DNA of 64,000 nt, taken from the NCBI GenBank assembly GCA_013152415.1, contig JAADGI010000019.1, positions 65,592-129,591 of the forward strand, given 5' to 3'. A model generated the notes under the pieces. It made no database searches. It had not been told where the DNA came from and saw only the letters and a program-made list of their open reading frames with translations. Position 1 is the first letter of the stretch, and the number at the start of each line of letters is the position of its first letter. Shown in pieces: positions 43,722 through 54,527 of this stretch. A program made the position numbers and the translations under genes. This stretch comes from Gammaproteobacteria bacterium. Its GTDB lineage: Bacteria; Pseudomonadota; Gammaproteobacteria; HyVt-429.

Positions 43722-44776
43722 TGTTCACCTCCATTAAACAATACATCAATTTTTTTCTCCAACATCTTTATCCGTCTAATATAATCATCTAAAGATTTCA
43801 TCCGCGCCGCATTCTTCTTCCATGCGCGGTTTTCTGACAAGGGCAGCACCGAGGAGTAAACACCCTGTCGATGTATAGAGTGTGTAACCAAGGATGTCGC
43901 TGTAATATGGACATCGTCTGCGATCACTAAATGGTCAAGCACACCGGCGCGCCCGCCAAAGGTACAACGCTTACCAATATGGGTGCTTCCGGCAACGGCC
44001 ACGCAACCCGCCATCGCCGTATTTTCACCAATATGGACATTGTGTGCGATATGAATCTGGTTGTCCAAAATAACACCGCTTTCAATCACTGTGTCATCCA
44101 GCGAACCTCTGTCGATTGTGGTGTTGGCCCCTATACTCACCTTGTCACCTATCACCACTCCCCCAAGCTGGGGAATCGGTACCCACTTTTCACTATCCCT
44201 TGTAAATCCAAAACCATTGGCGCCAATAACCGCACCAGCATAAACTGTACAAGCACTGCCAATCCGGGTGCCCTCATAAATAGACACATTGGCATGCACA
44301 TCACTGTGGTCACCCAGGGCAGCGTTGCGGCCAATCCAGACCCCCGCGCCAACAGCACACCCCTCACCCAGTCGAACACCCTCCTCAATAATGGCATGGG
44401 CACCGATCGAGCAACTCTGGGGGACCGTGGCACGCGCATGGATACTTGCCGAAGGGGCCACAAAAGGAGCTAAGGGTGTCTGAGGGCACAAAACTGACGT
44501 AGCCCGGGCAAAACCAAGATAGGGATCTCTCACGATCAGGCAACGCCCAGAATAGAACTCCACATCCTGTCGATTCAGAATAACGGCACCGGCCTGTGTC
44601 GTGCTTAGGTATCTTCGATACTTGGGCGACCCCAGGAAGCTTATTTCATCCGGCCCGGCACCTTGCAAAGACCCCACACCGGAAATCCTATAGTCTGCGT
44701 CTCCCTCAATCTCAGCATCAAGACACTTCGCCAACTCACCAAGCGTCATAGGCACACTGGAAACCCAAGTAGTCAC
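43718..44776 (-). CDS. lpxD: UDP-3-O-acyl-glucosamine N-acyltransferase
   Basis: Hexapeptide repeats, GFGF, IPQLGGV, DNQIHIAHNV. Confidence 0.96.
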   Translation of the reverse strand: MTTWVSSVPMTLGELAKCLDAEIEGDADYRISGVGSLQGAGPDEISFLGSPKYRRYLSTTQAGAVILNRQDVEFYSGRCLIVRDPYLGFARATSVLCPQTPLAPFVAPSASIHARATVPQSCSIGAHAIIEEGVRLGEGCAVGAGVWIGRNAALGDHSDVHANVSIYEGTRIGSACTVYAGAVIGANGFGFTRDSEKWVPIPQLGGVVIGDKVSIGANTTIDRGSLDDTVIESGVILDNQIHIAHNVHIGENTAMAGCVAVAGSTHIGKRCTFGGRAGVLDHLVIADDVHITATSLVTHSIHRQGVYSSVLPLSENRAWKKNAARMKSLDDYIRRIKMLEKKIDVLFNGGEQ

Positions 44777-44785
44777 CCACTACAC

Positions 44786-45295
44786 CTACTTACCACGCAG
44801 CTTCTGTAACACCTTATCGGTTATATCGATCCTGTCACTCGCATACACCGCACCTTCGTGAAGCACCAAATCAAAGCCCTCCGACTTGGCAATATCCACT
44901 ATGGCCTTATAGACAATCTTCTGTAATGCACCGAGCTCTTCATTTCGCCGTAGATTGTAATCTTCACGAAACTCTTGGGAGGCTCTTTTAAGGTTTCGTC
45001 GCAGACTGACAAGCTCGCGCTCTTTTTTGCGCCTAATCACGTCTCCAGCACTACTGGCCAGGTTTTCCAATTCTTTTTCCAGCGCCCGAAGCTTCTTCCT
45101 GTTCTTTATGACCTCTTTATCTCGTGGACCAAATTCCTGCTCCAACTTCTTTCTGGCCTTCTCACCTTGTGGTGCCCGTTCAACAAGCTTAACAACATCA
45201 ACGTAGCCAATCTTGGGTGCTTGCGCAGCCCCCGAGGAGGCCAACGCAAAATTCACAAGCACCAAGCCCAGAAATATTGAAAAAGGGTTCCGCAT
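44786..45295 (-). CDS. skp: Periplasmic chaperone Skp/OmpH
   Basis: KIGYVD, coiled coil, DITDKVL; between bamA and lpxD. Confidence 0.92.
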   Translation of the reverse strand: MRNPFSIFLGLVLVNFALASSGAAQAPKIGYVDVVKLVERAPQGEKARKKLEQEFGPRDKEVIKNRKKLRALEKELENLASSAGDVIRRKKERELVSLRRNLKRASQEFREDYNLRRNEELGALQKIVYKAIVDIAKSEGFDLVLHEGAVYASDRIDITDKVLQKLRGK

Positions 45296-45309
45296 ATTGC
45301 CCCAAAGAC

Positions 45310-47595
45310 TCAGAAGAAACGACGCCCAAGGGTGAACTGGAAGTTTTCAATTTCATCACCGGGTTGGCTATTGAGAGGTATAGCCCAGCTGACGGACATC
45401 GGCCCCAACGGGGAAAACCAGTTGAAGGCAAAGCCGGCAGCAAGTCTAATCTCATTGAGATCGACCTGCTGGTTGGCGCCGAATACCTGCCCCGCATCGA
45501 CGAACACGCTTAGCCTTTTATCACGGCTATCCGCCCCCCCCGGGAAGGGAAATAGTAGTTCGGCATTGCCCAAAACCAACTTGCTACCACCCAGAGCTAG
45601 AGGCGTCGTCCCCGAATCAAACGGTCCGAGAGATCGGGCACGATAGCCACGTACCGTTGATGCACCACCGGCAAAGAAATTCTTGAAAAATGGCAGCTCG
45701 GGTGTTCCCCCAAAACCATCACCATAACCCAATTCACCCCCCAGCTTGAACACCAGACTTTTTGTGATCGGCATATAGCCGGTAGTGGTATAACTCAGCT
45801 TGTAGTATTCAAGATCACTGCTGGGAACCGATGTCTCCAGGGACACACGATGCAGCCAGCCTTCGGTAGGATAAATAAAACTATCCCGGGTATCGTGTGC
45901 GATATTTGCAGTAATCTTGAAAGAATCACTGCTGGGATTGGCAGCAATAAATGCTGAAATTTCTGGTGGTGATGAAGCGGTAGCCTCAAGGTCTATTCTT
46001 TCAAACCCCACACCTAGATTAACAGAGTTATACTCACTGATGGGAATCTTGTAAGAAACACCACCACCTAGAGTTTGTGTAATATATTCAGCAATATTCA
46101 CCTGTCTGGCGTCGATGCGCTGACTATACAGGTTAAACCCCCTGCTAATACCATCATCGGTGTAATAGGGATCAAGATACCTGATACTGACAGTATCAGA
46201 GAACTGTGAATTATCGATGTTAACCTGAAGTTCTTTTCCGGTGCCAAATAAATTGCGCTGAGACACGGCCACTTGCAATAAAATTCCATTCGTATCGGAA
46301 TAGCCCAAGCCAAATAACAGGCTGCCCGTGGCACGTTCTTTAACATTTATATTGATATCGACCTGATCATTGGTGCCAGACACAGCCGGGGTTTCAATAT
46401 TGACATCATCAAAAAACCCCAATCGCTGCAAGCGCACCCTGGACCGTCGCACTGCCTCCGCTGAAAACCAGCTACCCTCTAATTGTCGCATTTCCCGGCG
46501 CACGACCTCATCCCGGGTGGTTCGATTACCGCTGACATTGACCCGCCGCACATATACTCTCTGGCCAGGATCTACAAAAAATGTAAACGCGACTGTCTGT
46601 TTTTCCTTGTCCAGTTCTGGTATGGCATTAACGTTAGCAAAGGCATAGCCTTCATCGGCCAGGCGGTCCCCCATCAACTTGCTGGTCTTGGAAACTTCCT
46701 TGCGTGAAAACACATCGCCGGGCCTAAAGGTGACCAGCGCCAACAACTCCTTTTGTGGCAACAACGGCTTGCCGCCCAACTTAAACTCGGACACCACATA
46801 GCGATTGCCTTCATGAATATTGATCGTCAGGTAGATATGCTGCTTATCCGGCGTTATAGAAACCTGGGTCGAATTGATATTAAAATCCAAATAGCCCAGA
46901 TCCTGATAAAAACTACGTAGTGTCTCCAGGTCTGCGCTCAACTTTTGTTTTGAGTATTGATTTTTCTTGCCAAAAAACTTTAGGCGTCTTTTGGTTTTGA
47001 GGCTAAACTTTTTTAGAAGTTTAGCGTCACTAAAGTTCTTGTTGCCGACGATGTTGATCTGTTTGATACGCGCCTTATCACCCTCAGCAACTTCAATAAC
47101 GATACCGACTCGATTCCGCTCCAAGGGTGTCACGGTAGTTTTAATGACTGCCCCATACTTTCCGAGCGAAAAGTATTGGGACTTTAATTCCTGCTCTACT
47201 TTTTCCAACATCGAAGGATCGTATACACGACCCTCAGTAAAGCCCAAGCGTTTCATAGCATCTTTTAGTATATCGTCCTTGAATTCCTTATTGCCCACCA
47301 CCTCAATAACAGAGATGGACGGCCGTTCCTCAACGACCACGACCAGCACCTCCATGTCGCGCCTAAGGCTGACATTTTTAAAAAAACCGGTCTTGAAAAG
47401 AACGCGTATCGCCTCCTTGGAGCTGACATCATCAAGGCGATCGCCCACCTTAATGGGAAGGTAATTGAAGACTGTCCCTGGTGATACGCGCTGTAAACCC
47501 TCTACCCGAATATCCTTGACCACGAAGGTCTCAATCGCAACGGCCGGCATGACCATCTGAGTGAAGAGCAAGATACAAAATGCAATTTTTTTCAT
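45310..47595 (-). CDS. bamA: Outer-membrane protein assembly factor BamA
   Basis: POTRA repeats (IRVEGLQRV), VRGY, FQFTLG C-terminus. Confidence 0.97.
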   Translation of the reverse strand: MKKIAFCILLFTQMVMPAVAIETFVVKDIRVEGLQRVSPGTVFNYLPIKVGDRLDDVSSKEAIRVLFKTGFFKNVSLRRDMEVLVVVVEERPSISVIEVVGNKEFKDDILKDAMKRLGFTEGRVYDPSMLEKVEQELKSQYFSLGKYGAVIKTTVTPLERNRVGIVIEVAEGDKARIKQINIVGNKNFSDAKLLKKFSLKTKRRLKFFGKKNQYSKQKLSADLETLRSFYQDLGYLDFNINSTQVSITPDKQHIYLTINIHEGNRYVVSEFKLGGKPLLPQKELLALVTFRPGDVFSRKEVSKTSKLMGDRLADEGYAFANVNAIPELDKEKQTVAFTFFVDPGQRVYVRRVNVSGNRTTRDEVVRREMRQLEGSWFSAEAVRRSRVRLQRLGFFDDVNIETPAVSGTNDQVDININVKERATGSLLFGLGYSDTNGILLQVAVSQRNLFGTGKELQVNIDNSQFSDTVSIRYLDPYYTDDGISRGFNLYSQRIDARQVNIAEYITQTLGGGVSYKIPISEYNSVNLGVGFERIDLEATASSPPEISAFIAANPSSDSFKITANIAHDTRDSFIYPTEGWLHRVSLETSVPSSDLEYYKLSYTTTGYMPITKSLVFKLGGELGYGDGFGGTPELPFFKNFFAGGASTVRGYRARSLGPFDSGTTPLALGGSKLVLGNAELLFPFPGGADSRDKRLSVFVDAGQVFGANQQVDLNEIRLAAGFAFNWFSPLGPMSVSWAIPLNSQPGDEIENFQFTLGRRFF

Positions 47596-47627
47596 TGTTA
47601 GTTCGCCACCGTCCCCAATGGGATCCA

Positions 47628-48992
47628 TTATTGTAGTAGTCGTGCGATATCGTTATAAAAGGCCAGCCCCATGAGGCCGACCAACAGGAGGATACCAATT
47701 TGTTGCCCCCATATCATCACCCCATCCGGAAGTGGCCCTCTGCGTATGGCCTCAAGTAGATAGTAAAACAAATGGCCACCGTCTAATACCGGTATGGGCA
47801 ACAGATTCAGTACACCCAAGCTAACACTCACCAATGCCAAAAACAGTAAAAACCGGTCTATACCGATACGCACGGAATGACCTGCATATTGTGCAATCGT
47901 CAGCGGCCCACTGATATTTTTGGGCGAAACCTCTAAAGTGACCATTTTTGCAAGCATACGCAGGGTCAATACACTCATCAGCCAGGTATTCTCTGTCCCT
48001 CGCCATAGGGCCTCCAAAGGCCCGTAACTGACGTGGACACGCCACTCGTCGGGTAAAGGGGGTGACACGACCCCCACACCAATCCGCCCGACCTGCCTCC
48101 CATCCACCTCGACAGCGGCAGGTCGTAACTCGACCCTGATCCGCTGGCCACTGCGATCCAACTCCAGAGACAATAATTGCCCAGGGCGCTCTTGAATATA
48201 CTTGACCACGTCCTTCCAGTGCTCTACCGCCTTTCCGTCCAGCCCTACCATCCGGTCATCGACCTCGAGCCCGGCTTGGTCTGCTGGCGACCCTGCTTGA
48301 ATAGAACCCACAATCGGCTCGACCACCGGTCTATAACCGTATAAGCCCACGCCCCGCTCTAAAAATGCCCCATCAAGCTTGGCGGCCTCCAATTCGCTGA
48401 AATCAAGCACCTTCTCAGTCACCCGGCCATCCTCATTACGCACCCCAATGCTGACCTGGGATTGGCTGATGGCTTGATTAAAAAGATACATGCGGTGTTC
48501 GTTCCAGCTATGCACCTTGCGCCCGGCCACCGTCATCAATTCATCACCTACCTGAAAACCACCCCGATCAGCAATTGAACCCTGCGCCACATAACCCACA
48601 ACGGGTTTCACACCATCGATACCAAGCATAAATACCGCCCAGTACGCCAAAATCGCAAACAGAAAATTGGCCATAGGACCGGCGAGCACCACCAAGGATC
48701 GCTTGCTCAGGGACTGGCGATTAAAGGCACGGTGTAACTCCTGCTTCGGGACTTCACCTTCATTTTCATCAAGCATCTTGACGTAACCACCGAGGGGCAA
48801 AGCGCCAATCACATACTCGGTGCCGTCCACTTTGCCACGCCGTGTCCATAGGGGTTTGCCGAAACCGATGGAAAAGCGTAACACCTTGACGCCCAACTTT
48901 CGGGCCACCCAGAAGTGTCCGTACTCATGCACGGTAACCAAAATGCCCAGAGCAACAAAAAACCCGACGAGGCTGTATAAAAATTCAATCAC
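47628..48992 (-). CDS. rseP: Intramembrane metalloprotease RseP
   Basis: HEYGH, AGPMANF, NLLPIPVLDGGH, two PDZ domains. Confidence 0.96.
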   Translation of the reverse strand: MIEFLYSLVGFFVALGILVTVHEYGHFWVARKLGVKVLRFSIGFGKPLWTRRGKVDGTEYVIGALPLGGYVKMLDENEGEVPKQELHRAFNRQSLSKRSLVVLAGPMANFLFAILAYWAVFMLGIDGVKPVVGYVAQGSIADRGGFQVGDELMTVAGRKVHSWNEHRMYLFNQAISQSQVSIGVRNEDGRVTEKVLDFSELEAAKLDGAFLERGVGLYGYRPVVEPIVGSIQAGSPADQAGLEVDDRMVGLDGKAVEHWKDVVKYIQERPGQLLSLELDRSGQRIRVELRPAAVEVDGRQVGRIGVGVVSPPLPDEWRVHVSYGPLEALWRGTENTWLMSVLTLRMLAKMVTLEVSPKNISGPLTIAQYAGHSVRIGIDRFLLFLALVSVSLGVLNLLPIPVLDGGHLFYYLLEAIRRGPLPDGVMIWGQQIGILLLVGLMGLAFYNDIARLLQ

Positions 48993-49071
48993 ACTCTATC
49001 CTTTTCTAGCTTAACCATTACCCATAGGGGATTCATTTTTTAATTACCCACTTGCCACAATACTTCATATT

Positions 49072-50301
49072 TTATGATTGGTGGCGATTTGCGATTTCTA
49101 TTACCGCGCTACCAATAATATCACGGGCAAGCTGGCGAGCTTGATAGTCTGCCTCAAGCACCACCTCAAGACTCTCGGCGGCAATACTGGCCATGCCTTT
49201 CAAGGTCTGCCCGATTATCGCGGGGATCTTGTCGAATGCCAATACCCCGCTCAGAAAGGCTGCCACCGCCTCTTCATTGGCAGCATTGAGTATGGTGGGG
49301 CTGGTGCCACCCACTGTGGCCGACTGCCGCGCCAACAGCAAACACGGAAACCGTTTGCTGTCCGGTGGCTCAAAATCGAGCCTGGCGACCTTAAATATAT
49401 CCAAAGATGACACTCCTGACACCATCCGTTTGGGCCAAGCCAGAGCGTGGGCAATGGGGGTCCGCATATCCGGGTTGCCCAACTGCGCCAAAACTGAGCC
49501 ATCCACATACTCCACCATGGAGTGAATGACACTTTGAGGGTGGACCACAATATCGATTTTCTCTGGACTACAGGCAAACAGGCGGCAGGCCTCAATCAGC
49601 TCCAGGCCCTTATTCATCATGGTGGCGGAATCCACCGAGATCTTCGGCCCCATGGACCAATTCGGGTGTTTACAGGCCTGGGCAGGCGTCACATTGGCCA
49701 ACGCTTGTGGGTCATGGGTCCGAAACGGCCCCCCCGAACCGGTGAGGAGAATCCGCTTGACCCCCAACGCCGCCAAGCCCGGGTTTAGCGGGCCCTGCCC
49801 AACCACTTCAAATCGATCGGGTAGGCACTGGTAGATAGCATTGTGTTCACTATCAATGGGCAACAGGACCGCACCGGCCTGCTTGGCATTTTGCATAATA
49901 ATATCCCCCGCCATCACCAGGGGCTCTTTGTTGGCCAGCAAGACCTGCTTGGTGCTCTTTACCGCTGCCAGAGTAGGCAACAATCCAGCGGCACCGACAA
50001 TGGCAGCCATCACGATTGGGGCCTCGGGGTGTGTGGCCGCCTGATTCAGACCCTCCTGACCAGCCTGCACCGTCACATCGAGCCCTTCGGCTTCAATCTG
50101 CTGGCGTAGCTGTTGCGCCGATTGCTCATCCTTGAGTACTGCCAACTTGGGACGATAGCGGCGACACTGCTCCAGCAACCGGTCAACCTGACGGTTTGCA
50201 GTGAGCGCAACGATGCGGTAGCGGTCGGGATGACGGGCAATGACATCCAAGGTACTGACACCAATAGACCCGGTTGAACCGAGGATGCTTACACCTTTCA
50301 T
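49072..50301 (-). CDS. dxr: 1-deoxy-D-xylulose 5-phosphate reductoisomerase
   Basis: [31 protein letters not shown]. Confidence 0.97.
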   Translation of the reverse strand: MKGVSILGSTGSIGVSTLDVIARHPDRYRIVALTANRQVDRLLEQCRRYRPKLAVLKDEQSAQQLRQQIEAEGLDVTVQAGQEGLNQAATHPEAPIVMAAIVGAAGLLPTLAAVKSTKQVLLANKEPLVMAGDIIMQNAKQAGAVLLPIDSEHNAIYQCLPDRFEVVGQGPLNPGLAALGVKRILLTGSGGPFRTHDPQALANVTPAQACKHPNWSMGPKISVDSATMMNKGLELIEACRLFACSPEKIDIVVHPQSVIHSMVEYVDGSVLAQLGNPDMRTPIAHALAWPKRMVSGVSSLDIFKVARLDFEPPDSKRFPCLLLARQSATVGGTSPTILNAANEEAVAAFLSGVLAFDKIPAIIGQTLKGMASIAAESLEVVLEADYQARQLARDIIGSAVIEIANRHQS

Positions 50302-50332
50302 GACCTCGCTACCGGTAAAGAAAAAGAGGGGG

Positions 50333-50591
50333 CTCTCGCCAAAGCGCCAAGTTCGCCAAGAGAAAGGCGTTCAGCGGGGCTCATCGCTTTGGTGTACATG
50401 GAGGCACTCATGTCGCGAGAAGCGGTAGGCGGGACCTCGGTGCCCCTTTGGTGGGTATACCGACGACAACCAGGGGCAAGGGCCATTCTACCCCACAAGG
50501 GGGCACCTAGGTCTGCGTGCCTGGCGCCTTGGCACCTTGGCGAGAGTCCATTATTTTCTGGGGATGATCCACAAATTTTATTAAAAGAGCC
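50333..50591. repeat. CGCnAAG-unit element, copy 4 (cdsA-dxr), with nested inverted repeat and outer terminus on the right
   Basis: Arms 50333-50360 and 50520-50546; inner IR GGTGCCCCTTTGGTGGGTA / TACCCCACAAGGGGGCACC; right end CCACAAATTTTATTAAAAGAGCC. Confidence 0.85.
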
Positions 50592-50596
50592 CAATA

Positions 50597-51409
50597 CTAG
50601 AGACCTTTTAACAACAGCCAACCCAACGCAAAAACTGGGGCAGCGGCGGTGAAGCTATCGATTCGATCAAGTATACCACCATGACCCGGAAGCAAATTAC
50701 CGCTATCTTTGGCCCCGGCCTGCCGTTTGATCACACTCTCAAAAAGATCACCCACAGCGGAGAAAAGCCCACAGATCAAGCATAGCCCCATCCATGCCAA
50801 CAACATGGCAGCCTCAAGTTGCCATACTGTCCCCAACAAGAGCGCCACAACCAGGACACCCACCAAGCCTCCGAATAGACCCTCTACGGTCTTGCCTGGG
50901 CTTAAATGGGGTGCCAGACGGATCCGCCCCCTGGCCTTGCCTACAAAATAGGCCGCGATATCGGCGGCCCAAATAACCATTAGCACGGACAACAGCAACC
51001 ACGGTCGCCTAAGGTCAATGGCGTGAAGTACCACTGCGGCATACCAGGCCGGCACCAGGACCACGATGCCGGCCAGAAGCACGAAGGCCCGGGATTGCAG
51101 TTGACCACCTCGGAGCTGCAGGTAAAACAACAGCCCAACAATAGCAAGCCACCAGCCGACACTCACCAACAACGGCCAAATATCCGGAAAGACATAGCGA
51201 TAACACAGGACACCAACGGCGGTGATGACGACAACATAGAAGAGCCGGGATTCAACACGGGTCAGACCCGCAAGCCGAGACCACTCCCAGGCACCGGCCA
51301 ACACCACAAGCCCGAGCACAAGCGCAAATGTTGTCCCGGATAAACCAAACAACACCCCCAACAGGATCGCGGCCATAATAATGGCCGTAATCACACGTGA
51401 CTTAAGCAT
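50597..51409 (-). CDS. cdsA: Phosphatidate cytidylyltransferase
   Basis: SPGKTVEG, GDLFES..KR....KDSG.LLPGHGGILDRIDS. Confidence 0.96.
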   Translation of the reverse strand: MLKSRVITAIIMAAILLGVLFGLSGTTFALVLGLVVLAGAWEWSRLAGLTRVESRLFYVVVITAVGVLCYRYVFPDIWPLLVSVGWWLAIVGLLFYLQLRGGQLQSRAFVLLAGIVVLVPAWYAAVVLHAIDLRRPWLLLSVLMVIWAADIAAYFVGKARGRIRLAPHLSPGKTVEGLFGGLVGVLVVALLLGTVWQLEAAMLLAWMGLCLICGLFSAVGDLFESVIKRQAGAKDSGNLLPGHGGILDRIDSFTAAAPVFALGWLLLKGL

Positions 51410-52172
51410 TCGTCGCCTGACCGACTTGCTCTCCGGTCTGACCAAACCTTCGCTGTCGTTTAGAAAAACCTTGTAAAGCGGCTAAGAATTCTTCGTCATC
51501 GAAGTCCGGCCATAACACATCGGTAAAATAGAGTTCCGCATAGGCCAATTGCCACAACAGATAATTACTCAGACGCTGTTCGCCACCGGTACGAATAAAC
51601 AAATCGGGTTCCGGCAAAAAATGGGTGCACAAAAGACTTCCCACTGTCTCCTCAGTGATCGCCTGATCATCCAGCTCCCCCGATTGCACCTGTTTGACTA
51701 TTTTTTGACAAGCCTGGGCAATATCCCATCGCCCACCATAGTTGGCAGCAATTGTCAGAGTCAGGCTTTGGTTATTAGAGGTCAGACTTTCGGCATCCTT
51801 GATCAAGGATGTGATGCGCTCACCAAAACGATCCAGATCACCAATGATATGTAACTTCACGTCATTGTCATGGAGTTTTTTGACCTCATTTTCGAGTGCG
51901 CTGGCAAACAAATCCATAAGCAACTGTACTTCGCGGGCGGGTCGACGCCAATTCTCGCTACTGAAGGCAAACAGGGTAAGATACTTAACGCCATTTTCAC
52001 CGCACAGACGCACCAGCTTACGCACCACCTCCATGCCCCGTCGATGACCCGCGATCCGTGGCAATCCTCGTTTACGAGCCCAACGACCATTACCATCCAT
52101 AATCACCGCAACATGCAACGGCATGGGGTGACCGCCGCCAGAGGTGTCTTTCAAGCGCCGAAACGATAGCAT
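51402..52172 (-). CDS. uppS: Undecaprenyl diphosphate synthase
   Basis: HVAVIMDGNGRWA, FSSENW.RP, IRTGGEQRLSNYLLWQ. Confidence 0.97.
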   Translation of the reverse strand: MLSFRRLKDTSGGGHPMPLHVAVIMDGNGRWARKRGLPRIAGHRRGMEVVRKLVRLCGENGVKYLTLFAFSSENWRRPAREVQLLMDLFASALENEVKKLHDNDVKLHIIGDLDRFGERITSLIKDAESLTSNNQSLTLTIAANYGGRWDIAQACQKIVKQVQSGELDDQAITEETVGSLLCTHFLPEPDLFIRTGGEQRLSNYLLWQLAYAELYFTDVLWPDFDDEEFLAALQGFSKRQRRFGQTGEQVGQATNA

Positions 52173-52268
52173 TTCTTTTAATTTAGCAACCAAGCGTCAT
52201 GCCGGAGATGAGGAATCCCGCTCCTGTCAGAGGGTTAAACTTGTATCGACTCTTACCGCCACCTTAGC

Positions 52269-52826
52269 CTAAATCTCTAAGATGTCTTTCTCCTTGGCCT
52301 CAATCATTTTGTCGATCTGCGAGATAAATCGATCCGTTATCTTTTGAACCTCTTCTTGGCCACGCTTTTCTTCATCTTCCGGTAATTCCTTGTTCTTTAA
52401 CAATTCCTTTAGGCGGTGATTGGCATCGCGACGTATGTTGCGCACCGCTACACGGCCATTTTCTCCCTCACTTCGAACCAACTTAGTCATCTCCTTACGA
52501 CGCTCCTCAGTAAGAGGCGGCAGCGGTACACGGATGACCTCACCAGCCGTCACAGGATTAAGGCCCAGGTTAGCCTCCATGATGGCCTTCTCAATGATGG
52601 GAACCAGTGCTTTTTCCCACGGCGCTACCGTCAAGGTACGGGCATCGGCCACGGCTACTGCGGCAACCTGACTCAAAGGCGTTACCGCACCATAGTAATC
52701 GATACGTATGGGCTCCAATAGTCCGACACTGGCTCGGCCAGTACGCAGACGAGAAAGTTCATTTTGCAGTGCCTGCACACTCTTAGCCATCCTGTCTTCG
52801 GTATCTTTGCGAATCTCAGTGGTCAT
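52269..52826 (-). CDS. frr: Ribosome recycling factor
   Basis: [26 protein letters not shown]. Confidence 0.97.
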   Translation of the reverse strand: MTTEIRKDTEDRMAKSVQALQNELSRLRTGRASVGLLEPIRIDYYGAVTPLSQVAAVAVADARTLTVAPWEKALVPIIEKAIMEANLGLNPVTAGEVIRVPLPPLTEERRKEMTKLVRSEGENGRVAVRNIRRDANHRLKELLKNKELPEDEEKRGQEEVQKITDRFISQIDKMIEAKEKDILEI

Positions 52827-53548
52827 AGCTTACCTTCTCGATTAACCAGTGTGCCAACGTGTTCGCCATTCACCACTGCCAGCAAATTCCCTGGGCTCTG
52901 CACATCACATACCCGTAGCGGGATATCGTTCTCGCGACACAGGGCAATTGCAGCGGCATCCATTACGCCGAGCTGTTGTTCTAAAATAGCGCTAAAACTC
53001 AGCACATCATAGCGTGTTGCATTAGGGTTGGACAGGGGGTCTGCACTATAGACACCATCAACTTTGGTCGCCTTGACCAGTAAATCGGCTTCGATTTCAG
53101 CGGCACGCAGACTCGCAGCGGTATCCGTGGAAAAGAAGGGGCTGCCGGTACCCGCTACAAAAATGACCAACCGATTGTGCTCAAGATGGTGTAGTGCGTG
53201 TTTGTGGCTAAAGGGCTCAATAGCATGGCCAATTCTGAGACCTGATTGGAGCCGCACCGCAATACCCCGGCGCTCCAGATTATCTTGCAAGGCCAAGCCA
53301 TTGATCACGGTGGCCAACATACCCATGTGGTCTGCGCTGACACGGTTCATACCTGAAGCGGCCAAACTCACACCCCTGAAAATATTGCCCCCACCGATGA
53401 CCACAGCGACCTGACAGCCACTGCTCATAACCTCTATGAGTTGCTCGCAATAGTAGTCCAGTGTCTTGGGGTCGATGCCATAGGCATTGTCCCCCATCAG
53501 GGCTTCGCCGCTGAGTTTTAACAAAACGCGCCGACGATCTCGCGCCAA
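52823..53548 (-). CDS. pyrH: UMP kinase
   Basis: [32 protein letters not shown]. Confidence 0.96.
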   Translation of the reverse strand: MARDRRRVLLKLSGEALMGDNAYGIDPKTLDYYCEQLIEVMSSGCQVAVVIGGGNIFRGVSLAASGMNRVSADHMGMLATVINGLALQDNLERRGIAVRLQSGLRIGHAIEPFSHKHALHHLEHNRLVIFVAGTGSPFFSTDTAASLRAAEIEADLLVKATKVDGVYSADPLSNPNATRYDVLSFSAILEQQLGVMDAAAIALCRENDIPLRVCDVQSPGNLLAVVNGEHVGTLVNREGKL

Positions 53549-53551
53549 GGT

Positions 53552-54439
53552 TTAGCCTCCCTTGGCCTGGGCCATGACTTCGGCGGCAAAATCCTCAACC
53601 TTTTTTTCGATACCCTCACCCACCTCAAAACGGACAAACTGACTCACTTTGGCATTTTCACCCGCAAGCAACTTGCCAATCGATATCTCAGGGTCTTTGA
53701 CATAAGACTGACCCTCGAGACAAACTTCATTGACATATTTACGCAGCTTTCCGCTCACCATCTTTTCAATGATCTCTGGTGGTTTGCCACTTTCCTCGGC
53801 CTGGGCAGTAAAGATTGCCTTTTCTTTTTCAAGCGCCTCCTGGGAGACTTGGTCTGCGCTGACACACAACGGCCTGCTGGCGGCGATGTGCATGGCAATA
53901 TCGCGTCCAAGACCGGCTGCACCGCCGCTGGACTCCACCAAGACACCAATCCGGGCACCGTGCAGATAAGTACTGACCTGGGCATCAGCCTCGGTAGCAA
54001 AACGCACAAAACGGCGAATATTGATGTTTTCACCGATCTTGTTTATTAACGCAGAACGGGTAGCCTCAACATTTTGGCTCTCACCCGCCAAGCTCATGGC
54101 CAACAGGTCGTCGAGCTGGGTTGGATTCTGATCCGCCGTAAGCTGTGCCAAGGCACTCGCAAAATCTTTAAATACGGGTTCTTTGGCAACAAAATCGGTT
54201 TCACAATTGAGCTCTACCAGCGCGGCAAGCTTGCCATCTTCGCGGGTGTAACTGCCTATAACGCCCTCAGCGGCAATACGACCCGCCTTTTTTTCCGCCT
54301 GCGCCTCACCCTTGGTACGCAAAAGCACCAGCGCAGCGTCTTCGTCACCCTGGGTCTCGGTAAGCGCCCTTTTACACTCCATCATGCCCGCACCACTGCG
54401 TTCACGCAGGGCCTTTACCATGGAAGCCGTAATACTCAT
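53552..54439 (-). CDS. tsf: Elongation factor Ts
   Basis: LRERSGAGMMECK, ELNCETDFVA, RFEVGEGIEK. Confidence 0.97.
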   Translation of the reverse strand: MSITASMVKALRERSGAGMMECKRALTETQGDEDAALVLLRTKGEAQAEKKAGRIAAEGVIGSYTREDGKLAALVELNCETDFVAKEPVFKDFASALAQLTADQNPTQLDDLLAMSLAGESQNVEATRSALINKIGENINIRRFVRFATEADAQVSTYLHGARIGVLVESSGGAAGLGRDIAMHIAASRPLCVSADQVSQEALEKEKAIFTAQAEESGKPPEIIEKMVSGKLRKYVNEVCLEGQSYVKDPEISIGKLLAGENAKVSQFVRFEVGEGIEKKVEDFAAEVMAQAKGG

Positions 54440-54498
54440 TAGAACTACCTCGTCGTTAACAGATACATGCGTAGCTATTTTTGATAATGTGCTTGGCC

Positions 54499-54515
54499 AT
54501 GGGGATACACCCCAT
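54499..54515. terminator. Hairpin between rpsB and tsf
   Basis: ATGGGG-ATACA-CCCCAT; no adjacent U-tract, so termination role uncertain. Confidence 0.3.
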
Positions 54516-54527
54516 CATTAAAAACCC

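Noticed and set aside
50298..50652. Short ORFs on both strands between cdsA and dxr
   Set aside because: They merely span repeat copy 4; no RBS or protein-like features. The same applies to 6612-6869, 35728-35937 and 42299-42631.
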